Notes under the pieces: model-generated
Told to the model about the DNA's origin: nothing
The model's database searches: none
Seen by the model: only the letters and a program-made list of their open reading frames with translations
Made by a program: the position numbers and the translations under genes
Source: Deltaproteobacteria bacterium
Lineage (GTDB): Bacteria > Myxococcota_A > UBA9160 > SMWR01
Length of the DNA stretch: 64,000 bases
Assembly (NCBI GenBank): GCA_032128115.1
Contig: JAQBHB010000018.1
Coordinates: 27,136 to 91,135, forward strand
Reading direction: 5' to 3'
Shown here: positions 50,277 to 63,499 of the stretch, in pieces
Numbering within the stretch: position 1 is the stretch's first letter
How the letters are laid out: every line of letters starts with the position of its first letter

Positions 50277-52760
50277 CTAGACTTCGGCGGGAGTCTGGGC
50301 CGCGGGCGAGGGCAGCCGGTCCAGCATCGAGCGAGCCTCTGCCGCCCATTCCGGCTCGGCCTCATCGGGAGCCCCTCGGGCCCGCCGCCGCTGCTTGCGG
50401 GTCTCGAGACCCGACAGGGCGCGGTCCAGGGCCGAACGCGTGTTCTCGATCTCGCCGCTGGCCTCGTAGGCCATTGCCAGGTGGTGCTGCACCATGCCGA
50501 TGTTCTCGCTATCCGGCTCCAGCCCCGCCTCGGCCTCCTTCAGGTAGCTGATGGCGGCCGACGCGATCCCGCGCTTGTAGAGCACCCACCCCAGCGTATC
50601 GGCCGCGTTGGGGTCGTTGGGCATGAGCGCCTTCGCCTCCTGGGCCAGGTCCAGGGCCTGATCCAGGTTCTCACCCGACTCGGCGAACAGGTACGCCAGA
50701 TTGTTCTTCGACTCGGCCAGGTTCGGGTTGTACCGGATCGCCTCCTGGTACTCCTCGATGGCCCGCCCGCGATTGCCTCCGGACTCGTAGAGTACGCCCA
50801 GGAAGTGGTGCAGACGCGCGGCATCGGGAACCGCCTCGAGCGCCTTCTCGTAGGTCGCGATCGTCTCCTGGATGCGACCCGTGCGCCGGTAGTAGGTGGC
50901 CAGGTGGTCGTAGGTGTCCACGTCGGTGGGATCGAGGACGATCGCCCTCCGGAAGCTCGACTCCGCTTCGGGCCCGCGCTCCTCGCGCAGGAACACCAGA
51001 CCCTGTAGCTGGTGCAGCTTGGCGTTGTCGGGCCGCTCTGCCAGCGCTGACGCGATGCGCGCCTCGGACTCCTCGAGGCGCCCCGTCGCCACATCCAGGG
51101 TGATCAGGCTGCCCAGGATGTCGGCGTTGTAGGGCGCCTGGTCGTGAGCGGCGAGGAACAGCTTGCGGGCGTCGGCCTCGTTGCCCAGCATCAGATGGAC
51201 GCGACCCATGGCGTACAGGGACGTGGCGTCGCGCTGGTTCTCGCGAATCCCCTCGAGCTCCTTCATGGCTTCATCGGGTTTGCTCAGCAGCACCAGGCTC
51301 TGGGCCACCAGCAGTCGGGTTTCCACGTCGCCGGGGCGCTCGCGCAGGTAGCGGCGGCCCTCTTCCACGGCGTACTCGTACTCGCGCAGGCCCGCGTGAA
51401 CCTGGGCCAGCACCTTGCGCGCCTCGATCATGCCCGCGTCGATTTCGAGCGCCCGGGCCAGCTCGGCGCGGGCCACCTCGCCCTCACCCCGAAGCGCCTG
51501 GGCAGTGCCCAGCAGAAAGTGGGCCTGCGCCCACTCCGGCCGCGCGTCGATGGCGGCCCGCAGGGAATTGACCGCCTCGTCGATGTTGCGCTCGGAAAGA
51601 AGGATCTTGGCCTTCACGAACAGGGCGCCCGCGTCGGACGGATCACGCGCCAGGATCGCCTCGATCACGCTGCGGCCCTCGGCGATCATCTCGGTCTGCT
51701 TGTCGCGATAACCCAGCTCCACCAGCACCTCGGCCTTGCGCAGCTTGGCCATCTGGTTTTCCGGTTCGAGCGTTACGGCCTTGTCGGCCGCGGCCAGCGC
51801 GCCCTCCAGGTCGCCCTTGCGTCCCAGATAGGACGACAGGATCAGCTGGGGCCTCGCGTCATCGGGGCGGGCCACTGTCGCCTGCTCGATCAGGCTGTCG
51901 GCCCGGGCCACATTGCCCTGGGACCGCTGGATGCGGGCCAGCAGGTAGATCAGGTCCAGCGGATCCTCTTCGGTTTCGATGCCCTGCTCCAGGATCTGGA
52001 CCGACTCGTCGAACTGATCGCGGCTGAAGTAGAAGCCCGCCAGGATCGAGATGGCTCGAACGCGCTCCTCGGCCTTCGCCGACTCGAGTGCCTTGCGGTA
52101 CGCCTCTTCCGCCTCCTGGTCGCGCTTGCGATCGCGGGCCAGGAATCCGCCGAGTGCGGTGTAGGAGAGCGGAGTGGGCGAAACCTCCGTGAGTTTCCGG
52201 TACAGGGGCTCTGCAGCCTCGCGATCGCCTCGACGCCGGTGGTGGATGGCCAGCAGCAGCAGCGCCGCCGAGCTGTCCGGCTCGACCTCTACGGCCTTGG
52301 TATAGGCTTCCTCGGCCTCGGTGGGGCGCCGGAGGGCCTCGAGGGCGCGCCCCTTCAACAGGTAGGCCGCCACCCGTTCCGGGTCGGCCACGATCACGTC
52401 CTCGGCCTGTTTGAGCGCCTCTTCCAATTCGCCGGCGTACATGGACAGCTGGCCGAACTGGATCTTGGCCTCCAGATTGCTGGGGTTGAGGCGCGCGGTT
52501 TCGCGCAGCTCCCAGAAGCCCTCTCGGGTCTGGCGGTTGCGGAGATACGCTCGGGCCAGACCCCAGTGCGCTTCCGGACTGTTGGGATCGATCTGGAGCA
52601 CATTCTTGTACTCGATGATCGCCTCGCCGAACTTTTCCTCCTCCAGGTAGGTCCCACCGCGCTCCAGGTGCGACGAGAGCTTGGCCTCATCGGCCTGACA
52701 GCCGACGAGGGCCACGATGGGCAGGAGGAACAAGGGAAGACGAAGGAATGCACTGCGCAT
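50277..52760 (-). CDS. Long TPR-repeat lipoprotein (PrsT/XrtA-system-like)
   Basis: Lipobox LVGC, AIIEYKNVLQIDP, terminal NNLAYL...DTLGWVLY...HHLAMAY. Located in an EPS locus. Confidence 0.82.
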   Translation of the reverse strand: MRSAFLRLPLFLLPIVALVGCQADEAKLSSHLERGGTYLEEEKFGEAIIEYKNVLQIDPNSPEAHWGLARAYLRNRQTREGFWELRETARLNPSNLEAKIQFGQLSMYAGELEEALKQAEDVIVADPERVAAYLLKGRALEALRRPTEAEEAYTKAVEVEPDSSAALLLLAIHHRRRGDREAAEPLYRKLTEVSPTPLSYTALGGFLARDRKRDQEAEEAYRKALESAKAEERVRAISILAGFYFSRDQFDESVQILEQGIETEEDPLDLIYLLARIQRSQGNVARADSLIEQATVARPDDARPQLILSSYLGRKGDLEGALAAADKAVTLEPENQMAKLRKAEVLVELGYRDKQTEMIAEGRSVIEAILARDPSDAGALFVKAKILLSERNIDEAVNSLRAAIDARPEWAQAHFLLGTAQALRGEGEVARAELARALEIDAGMIEARKVLAQVHAGLREYEYAVEEGRRYLRERPGDVETRLLVAQSLVLLSKPDEAMKELEGIRENQRDATSLYAMGRVHLMLGNEADARKLFLAAHDQAPYNADILGSLITLDVATGRLEESEARIASALAERPDNAKLHQLQGLVFLREERGPEAESSFRRAIVLDPTDVDTYDHLATYYRRTGRIQETIATYEKALEAVPDAARLHHFLGVLYESGGNRGRAIEEYQEAIRYNPNLAESKNNLAYLFAESGENLDQALDLAQEAKALMPNDPNAADTLGWVLYKRGIASAAISYLKEAEAGLEPDSENIGMVQHHLAMAYEASGEIENTRSALDRALSGLETRKQRRRARGAPDEAEPEWAAEARSMLDRLPSPAAQTPAEV

Positions 52761-52828
52761 GAGCCCACCTTATGCGGAAACCGGGCGAAAACACTAGCGA
52801 CTCGGATCCGAGAAGTCGCCCGGGGGGG

Positions 52829-54289
52829 TCAGCCAGTCGGCGAGCCCGCGTCCCCGGGCCCGGGGTCGCCGCTCCCGGACCCACTCCCCCGGTTCCGGCG
52901 CCAGCGGGTGTGGGTGATTCCCATGCGCTGGATCATGTAGTTGAGCTTGCGGCGGCTGATTCCCAGCAGTGCAGCCGCCCCCTTCTGCACGAAGTCGGTG
53001 CGCCGCAGCGCCTCCAGCACCAGCTCCCGCTCGAGCTGGCCCAGGGAGACCCCCTCCGGCGGTAGATCCGGACGCCATCCCCCCGGTTTTCCGCACGAAC
53101 CCATACCGAACAGCGTGAGATCCTCCGCCCGGACCCGGGGGCCGTCGGCCATCAGCACGGCGCGCTCGATGGCATTGTGCAACTCGCGCGCGTTTCCCGG
53201 CCAGTGGTGGGCGCGGATCCGATCGAGCGCCGATTCCGTGAAGCCGCGCATGGGACGCTCCAGCGTCTCCGAGAAGCGACGCAGGAAGTGATGAGCCAAC
53301 GCCACCAGATCTTCGGGCCGTTCTCGCAGGGGCGGCAGGTGGATGCGGATCACGTTGAGCCGGAAGAAGAGATCCTCGCGGAATACCCCTTCCTGGATGC
53401 GGTTCGCAAGGTCCTGGTTGGTGGCGGATACGATGCGGGCATCCGTGCGCAGCACCTCGGTCCCGCCCAGGCGGTGGAACTCCTGCTCCTGCAGCACGCG
53501 GAGCAGCTTCGCCTGGGTGGCCGGCGACATGTCGCCCACCTCGTCCAGGAGCAGGGTGCCGCCGCTGGCCTGCTCGAAGCGACCGATCCGCCTGCGATCG
53601 GCGCCGGTGAACGCGCCGCGCTCGTGTCCGAACAGCTCCGACTCGAGCAGGGTCTCGGGCAGCGCCGCGCAGTTCACCTTGACGAACGGGGCCTCGGCCC
53701 GGGGCGACGCCCGGTGAATCAGGCACGCCATCAGCTCCTTGCCCGTGCCCGTCTCACCGGTTACCAGCACGGTGGATCGGGTGGCTGCCACCCGGCGGCC
53801 CAGCTCGACGGCGGCCTTCAGCGCCGGACTCTCCCCCACGATCTCCTCGGCAGCGCGGCGGCCGGCTTGTTCGGCCCGCAGGTCGCGCACTTCTGTCAGA
53901 AGCCTTCGGTGCGCAACGGCGCGGCCCACACGAAGTTCGATCTGGTCCAGATCCAGGGGCTTCTGCACGAAGTCGAAGGCTCCCTCCTTCATGGCCTGGA
54001 CGGCCGCCTCGATCGTGCCGTAGGCCGTCATCAGCAACACACTGGTGCGCGGGTCGCGCTCGCGGGCGGCGCGCAGCACCGCCACGCCGTCGGCGCCCGG
54101 GAGACGCACATCGGTAACGATCACGTCGTACGCTTCGCCCGCTCGATCGCCAATCCGCGCGATGGCCTCGTCACCGCTCTCGGCCTCGTCCACTTCGGCC
54201 CAGGTTTCGCGCAGCGCCAGAGCGATGCCCCGGCGCAGGGCGCGGTTGTCCTCGACCACCAGGATGCGGGCGGCGTCGCGAGCGCTCAT
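52829..54289 (-). CDS. Sigma-54-dependent response regulator (REC-AAA+-HTH)
   Basis: ILVVED...TDVRLP; GETGTGKE, ESELFGHERGAFTGA, FREDLFFRLNV, WPGNAREL, Fis-type HTH. Confidence 0.95.
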   Translation of the reverse strand: MSARDAARILVVEDNRALRRGIALALRETWAEVDEAESGDEAIARIGDRAGEAYDVIVTDVRLPGADGVAVLRAARERDPRTSVLLMTAYGTIEAAVQAMKEGAFDFVQKPLDLDQIELRVGRAVAHRRLLTEVRDLRAEQAGRRAAEEIVGESPALKAAVELGRRVAATRSTVLVTGETGTGKELMACLIHRASPRAEAPFVKVNCAALPETLLESELFGHERGAFTGADRRRIGRFEQASGGTLLLDEVGDMSPATQAKLLRVLQEQEFHRLGGTEVLRTDARIVSATNQDLANRIQEGVFREDLFFRLNVIRIHLPPLRERPEDLVALAHHFLRRFSETLERPMRGFTESALDRIRAHHWPGNARELHNAIERAVLMADGPRVRAEDLTLFGMGSCGKPGGWRPDLPPEGVSLGQLERELVLEALRRTDFVQKGAAALLGISRRKLNYMIQRMGITHTRWRRNRGSGSGSGDPGPGDAGSPTG

Positions 54290-55476
54290 GCCGCCTGTCC
54301 CGATCCCATTGCGGCACTGGCAATCGGCAGGTGGATACGAAACGTACAGCCGCCGCTTTCCATGCTCTCGAGATCGATCGCGCCGCCGTGGCTGCCGACG
54401 ATCTTCTGGGCCGTGGCCAACCCGACGCCGGAGCCGCGCGGCTTGGTGGTGAAGAAGGGATGGAAGACCTTGTCGCGGTGCTCTGGGGCCACGCCCGGGC
54501 CGGTGTCGGACACGCTGATCACCAACTCGCAGACAGGGCCCTCTCCGTCGCTCCCCGGTTTGCCGTCGCGACCCACCCGTACCGATCGCCCGTCGGGCTC
54601 CATCACGCCAGTGGCGAGCCCCAGGGTGAGCCGGTGCGGGCCGTCGCCGTCCATGGCCTCGAAGGCGTTCAGGATCAGATTGGCCACCACGGCTCGCAGC
54701 TGGTCCCCGTCGGCGACCACGTTCGGCAGCGGATCCGAGTAATGGCGATCGATGGCGCCGCGGTACGCAACCTGCGAGCGCGCCACGGCCAGCGACGCCT
54801 CCACCAGCGCCACCGGATCGACCGGCAACCGGACCACAGCGACGGGCCGCACGAAGTCCAGGCAATCCGCCACGGTCCGCGTCAGGGAGTCCAGCTCTCC
54901 CGACAGCTCGTCCAGCAGCGCGCACTCTTCCGGGCGGTCGTCCATGCGCCGAAGCAGCAGGTCGACGACCACCTTCATGCCCGCCAGGGGGTTGCGGATC
55001 TCGTGGGCGAGCCCGGCCGCCATCTCGCCCAGGGCCGCCAGGCGTTCGCGCAGGCGCGCCTGCTCGTCGGCGCGCTCCACCGGGGTGAGATCGCGGAAGA
55101 TCACCGCGGCCCCCTGGGCACCGCCTGCGCCGTCGTTCACGGGAAGCAGCGTGAATCCGATGGTGATGGACGGGTGGCCGCCGACGGGTTCGAGGGCCAG
55201 CTCCGCGCGGGAGAGTCGACGGTCCCGGCCCAGGGCGTCGATGAGCAGCTGCGCCAGAGCCGGCTGGGCGTCGAGAACCTGCCGGCAGTCCCGACCCAGG
55301 GCGTCGGCCACGGGACCGCCGGGACAGCCCAGGATCCGCTGGGCCCCCGCATTCAGGGCCAGTACGGCGCCCTCGCCATCGACAGCGACGATCCCCGAGC
55401 GAAACGACTCGAGAATCCACCCCGCCACCCTGGAATCGAGCGTCCCCACACTCGCTGTATCGGAGTGCGCAGGCAT
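54286..55476 (-). CDS. Cytoplasmic PAS sensor histidine kinase
   Basis: PAS, LAHEIRNPLA, NLILNA, DTGPG, FFTTKPRGSGVGL; no TM segment. Confidence 0.93.
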   Translation of the reverse strand: MPAHSDTASVGTLDSRVAGWILESFRSGIVAVDGEGAVLALNAGAQRILGCPGGPVADALGRDCRQVLDAQPALAQLLIDALGRDRRLSRAELALEPVGGHPSITIGFTLLPVNDGAGGAQGAAVIFRDLTPVERADEQARLRERLAALGEMAAGLAHEIRNPLAGMKVVVDLLLRRMDDRPEECALLDELSGELDSLTRTVADCLDFVRPVAVVRLPVDPVALVEASLAVARSQVAYRGAIDRHYSDPLPNVVADGDQLRAVVANLILNAFEAMDGDGPHRLTLGLATGVMEPDGRSVRVGRDGKPGSDGEGPVCELVISVSDTGPGVAPEHRDKVFHPFFTTKPRGSGVGLATAQKIVGSHGGAIDLESMESGGCTFRIHLPIASAAMGSGQAA

Positions 55477-55509
55477 GGACTTCAGAGCTCGCAGCCGAGC
55501 CCCTTGCGG

Positions 55510-56178
55510 TCAATCGCCCCCGGGAACCAGGTAGCGCTTGCCCTCCTGGTGGAGCCAGCCCTCCTGCTTCAGACCCTTGATCACCCGGGTCACCGTCTCC
55601 CGGGACGTGCCGATCATGTCGGCGATCTGCTGGTGCGTGAGAGCCGGCGTTGCCATGCGCTCGTCCGCGGCCTCGTCGCGCGCCAGACGCTGCAGCAGCC
55701 CGCGCGCCCGCTCTTTCACCCGCTGGAATGACAGCGAACTGGCCTGGTCGTCCATCTGGCGCAGACGTCCGGTCAGCACCTGGATCACGGCCATGGCCAG
55801 ATCGGGACTGTTTCGCAGGAGGTTCAGGAAGTCGGCCCGGGAGAGCGCGAAGATCCGCGTCTCGGTCAGCGTCTTCACGCTGGCGGAACGCGGCGCGCCG
55901 TCGAGTAGCGACATGTCGCCGAAGAACGAGCCCTCGTCGAGCATCTCCAGGATCTTTTCGCGCCCGTCTCCCGAGAGCTTCGTCACCTTCACGCGGCCCT
56001 CGCGCACCACGTACATGTAGTCCCCGGGCAGCCCCTCTTCGACGATGGTCTTGTTCTTGGGGAAGCGCCGCTCGATCAGGAGCGATGCGATCGCATCCAG
56101 GTCTTCGTCCCTGACCGCGGAAAACAGGGGAATCGTCCGCAGGGACTCGATCGCTTCGCGACTATGTGTCGCCGACAT
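55510..56178 (-). CDS. Crp/Fnr family transcriptional regulator
   Basis: cNMP-binding FFGDMSLLDGAPRSAS and HTH THQQIADMIGTSRETVTR. Confidence 0.93.
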   Translation of the reverse strand: MSATHSREAIESLRTIPLFSAVRDEDLDAIASLLIERRFPKNKTIVEEGLPGDYMYVVREGRVKVTKLSGDGREKILEMLDEGSFFGDMSLLDGAPRSASVKTLTETRIFALSRADFLNLLRNSPDLAMAVIQVLTGRLRQMDDQASSLSFQRVKERARGLLQRLARDEAADERMATPALTHQQIADMIGTSRETVTRVIKGLKQEGWLHQEGKRYLVPGGD

Positions 56179-56207
56179 GAATTCCCTCCGGGCCCGTCCG
56201 CCTGGGC

Positions 56208-57299
56208 CTACGTGACGTCCTCGCGGCCGTTCTCCTTGAGCGCGGCGACTATGCGACGCACCTCGGGACCGCGATCGAGCCTGGCCACCAACAGGGCGTC
56301 TCCGGTGTCGATCACGGCCAGGCCCTCGACCCCCAGCAGCGCGATGGGGCGGCTGCCGCCCCAGACCAGGTTGCCCCCGAGATCATCGAACGCCAGCTCG
56401 CCTTTGACCACCCGCGAGACTCCCGGCTGGACGCCCAACTCCACGGCCAGCGACTCCCAGGTGCCCACGTCGCTCCAATGGAAGTCCACCGGAAGCGTAA
56501 AGACCCGGCGGCTGCGCTCCATCACAGCCACGTCCACGGGCAGCGAGGGCGCCGCCCGGTAGGCCCGGTCCAGGGCCGCGGGGCTGCGGGGCGAGCGCGC
56601 GTCGCGCACGGGCGCCAGAGCGGCGTGCAGGTCGGGAGCCCAGGTCTCGATCTCGTCCAGGATCGTGCGGGCCGTCCACACGAAGATGCCCGCGTTCCAC
56701 AGGTAGCCGCCGCGCAGATAGCGGCGGGCCCGTGCGGCGTCCGGCTTTTCGACGAAGCGTCGAACCCGGCGCAGGCCGGGATGGCCGCCCGCAGCATCGC
56801 CCACCTGGATGTAGCCATAGCCCGTCTCGGGACGCGTGGGCACGACGCCCAGGGTCACCAGGGCGCCCTCGCCGTGCGCCGCCCGAGCGGCCAGGACCAG
56901 GGCCCGCTGGAAGGAGCGCCCATCGGGAATCATGTGGTCGGCGGGCAGGATCGCCATCACCGCCTCCGGGGCCTCGGCCGCGACGCAATGGGCGGCCCAG
57001 GCCACGGCCATGGCGGTGTTGCAGCGACGCGGCTCCACCAGGATGCGGCGCGCCGGCAGGCCCGTGGCGCGGCGCAGGGCGCCCGCGTGCTCGCGACCAC
57101 AGACTACCCAGACGCGATCCGGTCCAGCGAAGCGGCGGGCCCGCGCCACGGTGGCGTCCAGCAGGGTCTGTTCGCCCACGACCCTCAAGAACGGCTTGGG
57201 ATGACTCTGGCGCGAGGCCGGCCAGAAGCGCTCGCCCGCTCCGCCCGCCAGGATCACGGCGTGTCGACTCGGCTGGGTGCGCCTGGGAGACCGGGGCAT
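56208..57299 (-). CDS. manC: Mannose-1-phosphate guanylyltransferase
   Basis: ILAGGAGERFWPASR..PK, PADH, PETGYGYI, FVEKPD, WNAGIF, WSDVGTW. Confidence 0.92.
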   Translation of the reverse strand: MPRSPRRTQPSRHAVILAGGAGERFWPASRQSHPKPFLRVVGEQTLLDATVARARRFAGPDRVWVVCGREHAGALRRATGLPARRILVEPRRCNTAMAVAWAAHCVAAEAPEAVMAILPADHMIPDGRSFQRALVLAARAAHGEGALVTLGVVPTRPETGYGYIQVGDAAGGHPGLRRVRRFVEKPDAARARRYLRGGYLWNAGIFVWTARTILDEIETWAPDLHAALAPVRDARSPRSPAALDRAYRAAPSLPVDVAVMERSRRVFTLPVDFHWSDVGTWESLAVELGVQPGVSRVVKGELAFDDLGGNLVWGGSRPIALLGVEGLAVIDTGDALLVARLDRGPEVRRIVAALKENGREDVT

Positions 57300-57303
57300 G
57301 GCC

Positions 57304-58614
57304 CTAGCGCCCGACACACACGTACTGGAATCCGGCGGCGCGCATGGCGGCGGGCTCGTAGATGTTGCGCAGGTCGACGATCGAGGGCTGTCGCAACAGG
57401 GACTTCACGCGATTCAGGTCGAGCATGCGGAATTGGTTCCACTCGGTCACCAGAACCAGTACGTCCGCATCGGCGCAGGCGTCGTAGGCATTCTCGCACA
57501 GGGACAGGCCCGGTAGGACCTGCGCGGCCGCTTCCATGGCCTTCGGATCGAAGGCGCGCACCACTGCCCCCCGTTCCTGCAGCGCCTGCACCAGGCTGAT
57601 GGCGGGTGCGTCGCGCAGATCGTCCGTCTCCGGCTTGAACGACAGGCCCAGCAGCCCGACGGTCTTTCCATTGGCGTCGCCGCCCAGCGCCCGCACGACC
57701 TTCTCCAGCATGCGCTCCCGTTGGCGATCGTTGACCCGGATCACCGCCTCGACGATTTCAACCGGCTCTCCGGCCTCGCGGGCGAAATGAGCCATGGAGC
57801 GCGTGTCCTTGGGCAGGCACGAACCACCGAAACCCGGCCCCGGGTGCAGGAACTTCGACCCGATGCGTTGATCCAGGCCGATTCCGCGGGCGATCGAGTG
57901 CACGTCGGCGCCCACCGCTTCGCACAGGTTCGCCACCTCGTTGATGAACGAAATCTTGGTGGCGAGGAACGCGTTGGCTACATACTTCGTGAGCTCGGCC
58001 GTGACCACGCTGGTCATCACCACCGGCGCCTCGATCAGGTAGAGCGGGCGGTAGAGATCCTTCAGGATCGCATGGGCCTCATCGTCGTCCGCGCCGATCA
58101 CCACCCGGTTCGGGCGCATGAAGTCGCCGATGGCGGCGCCTTCGCGAAGGAACTCGGGATTCGACGCGACGCTGAAGCGCGCGGAGTGGCCCGCCTTCGC
58201 GGCCTCTTCCTCGATCCAGCCTCGTACCTTCGACGCGGTGCCCACGGGAACGGTGCTCTTGGTCACCACCACCTTGTAGCCGTCCATGGAGCGGCCGATC
58301 TCTCGGGCCACCTGTTCCACATGGTCCAGGTTCGTCGAACCGTCGGGCATGGGAGGAGTCGAGACGGCGATGAAGCAGACCAGTGCCCCCCGCACCGCCT
58401 CCTGGGTATCGGTGGTGAACGAAAGCCGCCCCTCGCGGACATTGCTCGCCACCAGGTTTTCGAGACCGGGCTCATAGATGGGCATCTCGCCCCGCGAAAG
58501 CGCCGCGATCTTGTCGGCGTCCTTGTCGCAGCACACCACCTGCACGCCGAACTCCGCGAAGCCCGCACCCGTCACCAACCCCACGTAGCCCGTTCCGATC
58601 ACACAGATGTTCAC
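57304..58614 (-). CDS. ugd: UDP-glucose/GDP-mannose 6-dehydrogenase
   Basis: IGTGYVGL, KSTVPVGT, NPEFLREG, GFGGSCLPKD, FKPETDD. Confidence 0.92.
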   Translation of the reverse strand: MNICVIGTGYVGLVTGAGFAEFGVQVVCCDKDADKIAALSRGEMPIYEPGLENLVASNVREGRLSFTTDTQEAVRGALVCFIAVSTPPMPDGSTNLDHVEQVAREIGRSMDGYKVVVTKSTVPVGTASKVRGWIEEEAAKAGHSARFSVASNPEFLREGAAIGDFMRPNRVVIGADDDEAHAILKDLYRPLYLIEAPVVMTSVVTAELTKYVANAFLATKISFINEVANLCEAVGADVHSIARGIGLDQRIGSKFLHPGPGFGGSCLPKDTRSMAHFAREAGEPVEIVEAVIRVNDRQRERMLEKVVRALGGDANGKTVGLLGLSFKPETDDLRDAPAISLVQALQERGAVVRAFDPKAMEAAAQVLPGLSLCENAYDACADADVLVLVTEWNQFRMLDLNRVKSLLRQPSIVDLRNIYEPAAMRAAGFQYVCVGR

Positions 58615-59539
58615 CGTTCCATCCCTTCTGCCAGAATCCTGGAGAGCCCCTCGCGCAGGTCGATCGCCGACTCGAATCCCAGGATCTCCCGGGCTTTCGT
58701 TACATCGGCGATGCTGTCGCGGAGGTCGCCCTCCCGCGCGCGCTCGTGTCGCGCCGGGACCTCCGACCCGGTGAGGATCCGGATCTCCGACAGCAACTCC
58801 AACACGGTGGTCGGGCGACCCGTGGCCACGTTGAAGACCGAGCCGGTGCCGGCGGTCGCCTCGACGGCGCTCACCACGGCTTCGATCGCATCTCCCACGA
58901 ACACGAAATCGCGGGTCTGCACGCCGTCGCCGTAGATGATCGGCTCTTCGCCTCGGCGGCAGATGTCCACGAAGCACGGAACCACCGCTGCATAATCGCT
59001 CGCCCGATCCTGTCGCGGGCCGTAGACGTTGAAGAACCGCAGAGCAACCGTCTCCAGGCCGTAGAGTACCGCGTACTGTCGGCAGTACATCTCGCTGGAG
59101 AGCTTCTGGATCGCGTACGGCGATCTCGGCCGAGTCGGCTGGGATTCGTCGCATGGATGGGATCCGGCGTCGCCATACACTGCCGCCGAGCTGGCGAATA
59201 CCAACCGCTGCACCCCGGCCCGTCGACAGGATTCCAGCAGGTGCACGGTGGCGTCCAGATTCACCGCGTGGCTGCGTATCGGCTCGGCGATGCTTCGGCT
59301 CACCGAGGAGATCGCAGCCAGGTGGACGACCCGGTCGCAGCCGTCCAGGGCGCGCGACACCGCCCCCGCGTCGCACACGTCTCCGCGGTGGAGATCGATG
59401 CGATCCCACACGGCCGCCAGGTTCTCGCGCTTCCCGGTCGAGAAATCGTCGAGGATCGCAACCGAGGCGCCGTTGGCCAGCAGGCGTTCCACCAGGTGGC
59501 CGCCAATGAATCCGGCGCCACCGGTGACCAGTACGCGGG

Positions 59540-59543
<4 letters not shown>
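58611..59543 (-). CDS. NAD-dependent sugar epimerase/dehydratase
   Basis: VTGGAGFIGG, ASSAAVYG, YAIQK, RFFNVYGPRQ, GDGVQTRDF. Confidence 0.9.
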
Positions 59544-62628
<3,085 letters not shown>

Positions 62629-63480
62629 CTACCGGGCGTACCCGTATCGCCCCTGGTTCACCTGGGCACCGTTGAGCACCAGGCCCAGGAGGCGACGCCG
62701 ATCCAGGATCTCGAGAGTCGACTGCACGTCCTGGCTCGAGGTCATGTCGGCCCGAACCACCATCACCAGACCGTCGCTCAGCTCACTGATGATCTTGGCG
62801 TCGGGAAGACCCAGCACGGCCGGAGTATCCAGGATCACCCGGTCGTAGCGACGCGCGACCTCCTCCACTACTTCCCGCATCCTGGGGGAACCCAGCAGCT
62901 CCGACGGGTTCAGCGGCCGCGCCTTCACCGCCAGGACCTCGAGGTTCACGCCCTCCACCTTCACGATGGCGTCGTCCAGGTTCACCTTGTCGCTGAGCAC
63001 CTCGGCCAGGCCCGCATCCGGACGCAGGCCCAGGGATTCGTGCACCTTCGGCCTTCGCAGATCGCAGTCGATCAGCAGCACACGACGGCCCAGACTCATG
63101 GCCGTGACGATCGCGAGATTGATGGAGGCGGTGGTCTTGCCCTCGCCAGGCAACGCACTGGTCACGGCCAGGGTCCGAATCGGCCGCTGGGCCGCGATGG
63201 CGTCGATGCGGCCGCGAAGCGCGCGGTACTGCTCCGCCACGTAGGAGTCGGGCTGCAACAGGGCGATACGGCGCTTGTTCACGTCGCCGGCGGACGCCTT
63301 GACGCGCTTCATGCGCCGCCGCTCGGCCAGACGCTTGAGCAGGCCCTTGCGCCTGGCCGCCGAAACCGACGGCACCTCGGTCGGTGCGAACCCCAACGGC
63401 GAGTGCGAGACCACAACCTCGCCCGTATGGCGCTTCCGCTCCTCTTCGGCCCTCTTCAGGGCATCGTAGATCTTGGCCAC
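62629..63480 (-). CDS. CpsD/CapB family BY-kinase (polysaccharide tyrosine kinase)
   Basis: EQYRALR, TSALPGEGKT, DCDLRRP, DTPA, Tyr tail RYGY; N-terminal KIYDALKRAE. Confidence 0.9.
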   Translation of the reverse strand: MAKIYDALKRAEEERKRHTGEVVVSHSPLGFAPTEVPSVSAARRKGLLKRLAERRRMKRVKASAGDVNKRRIALLQPDSYVAEQYRALRGRIDAIAAQRPIRTLAVTSALPGEGKTTASINLAIVTAMSLGRRVLLIDCDLRRPKVHESLGLRPDAGLAEVLSDKVNLDDAIVKVEGVNLEVLAVKARPLNPSELLGSPRMREVVEEVARRYDRVILDTPAVLGLPDAKIISELSDGLVMVVRADMTSSQDVQSTLEILDRRRLLGLVLNGAQVNQGRYGYAR

Positions 63481-63499
63481 GCCTGCTCCTGCCCGGACG

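Noticed and set aside
52795..52820. Hairpin GCGACT...AGTCGC between the sigma-54 regulator and the TPR gene as a terminator
   Set aside because: Short stem and an interrupted U-tract; too weak to call.
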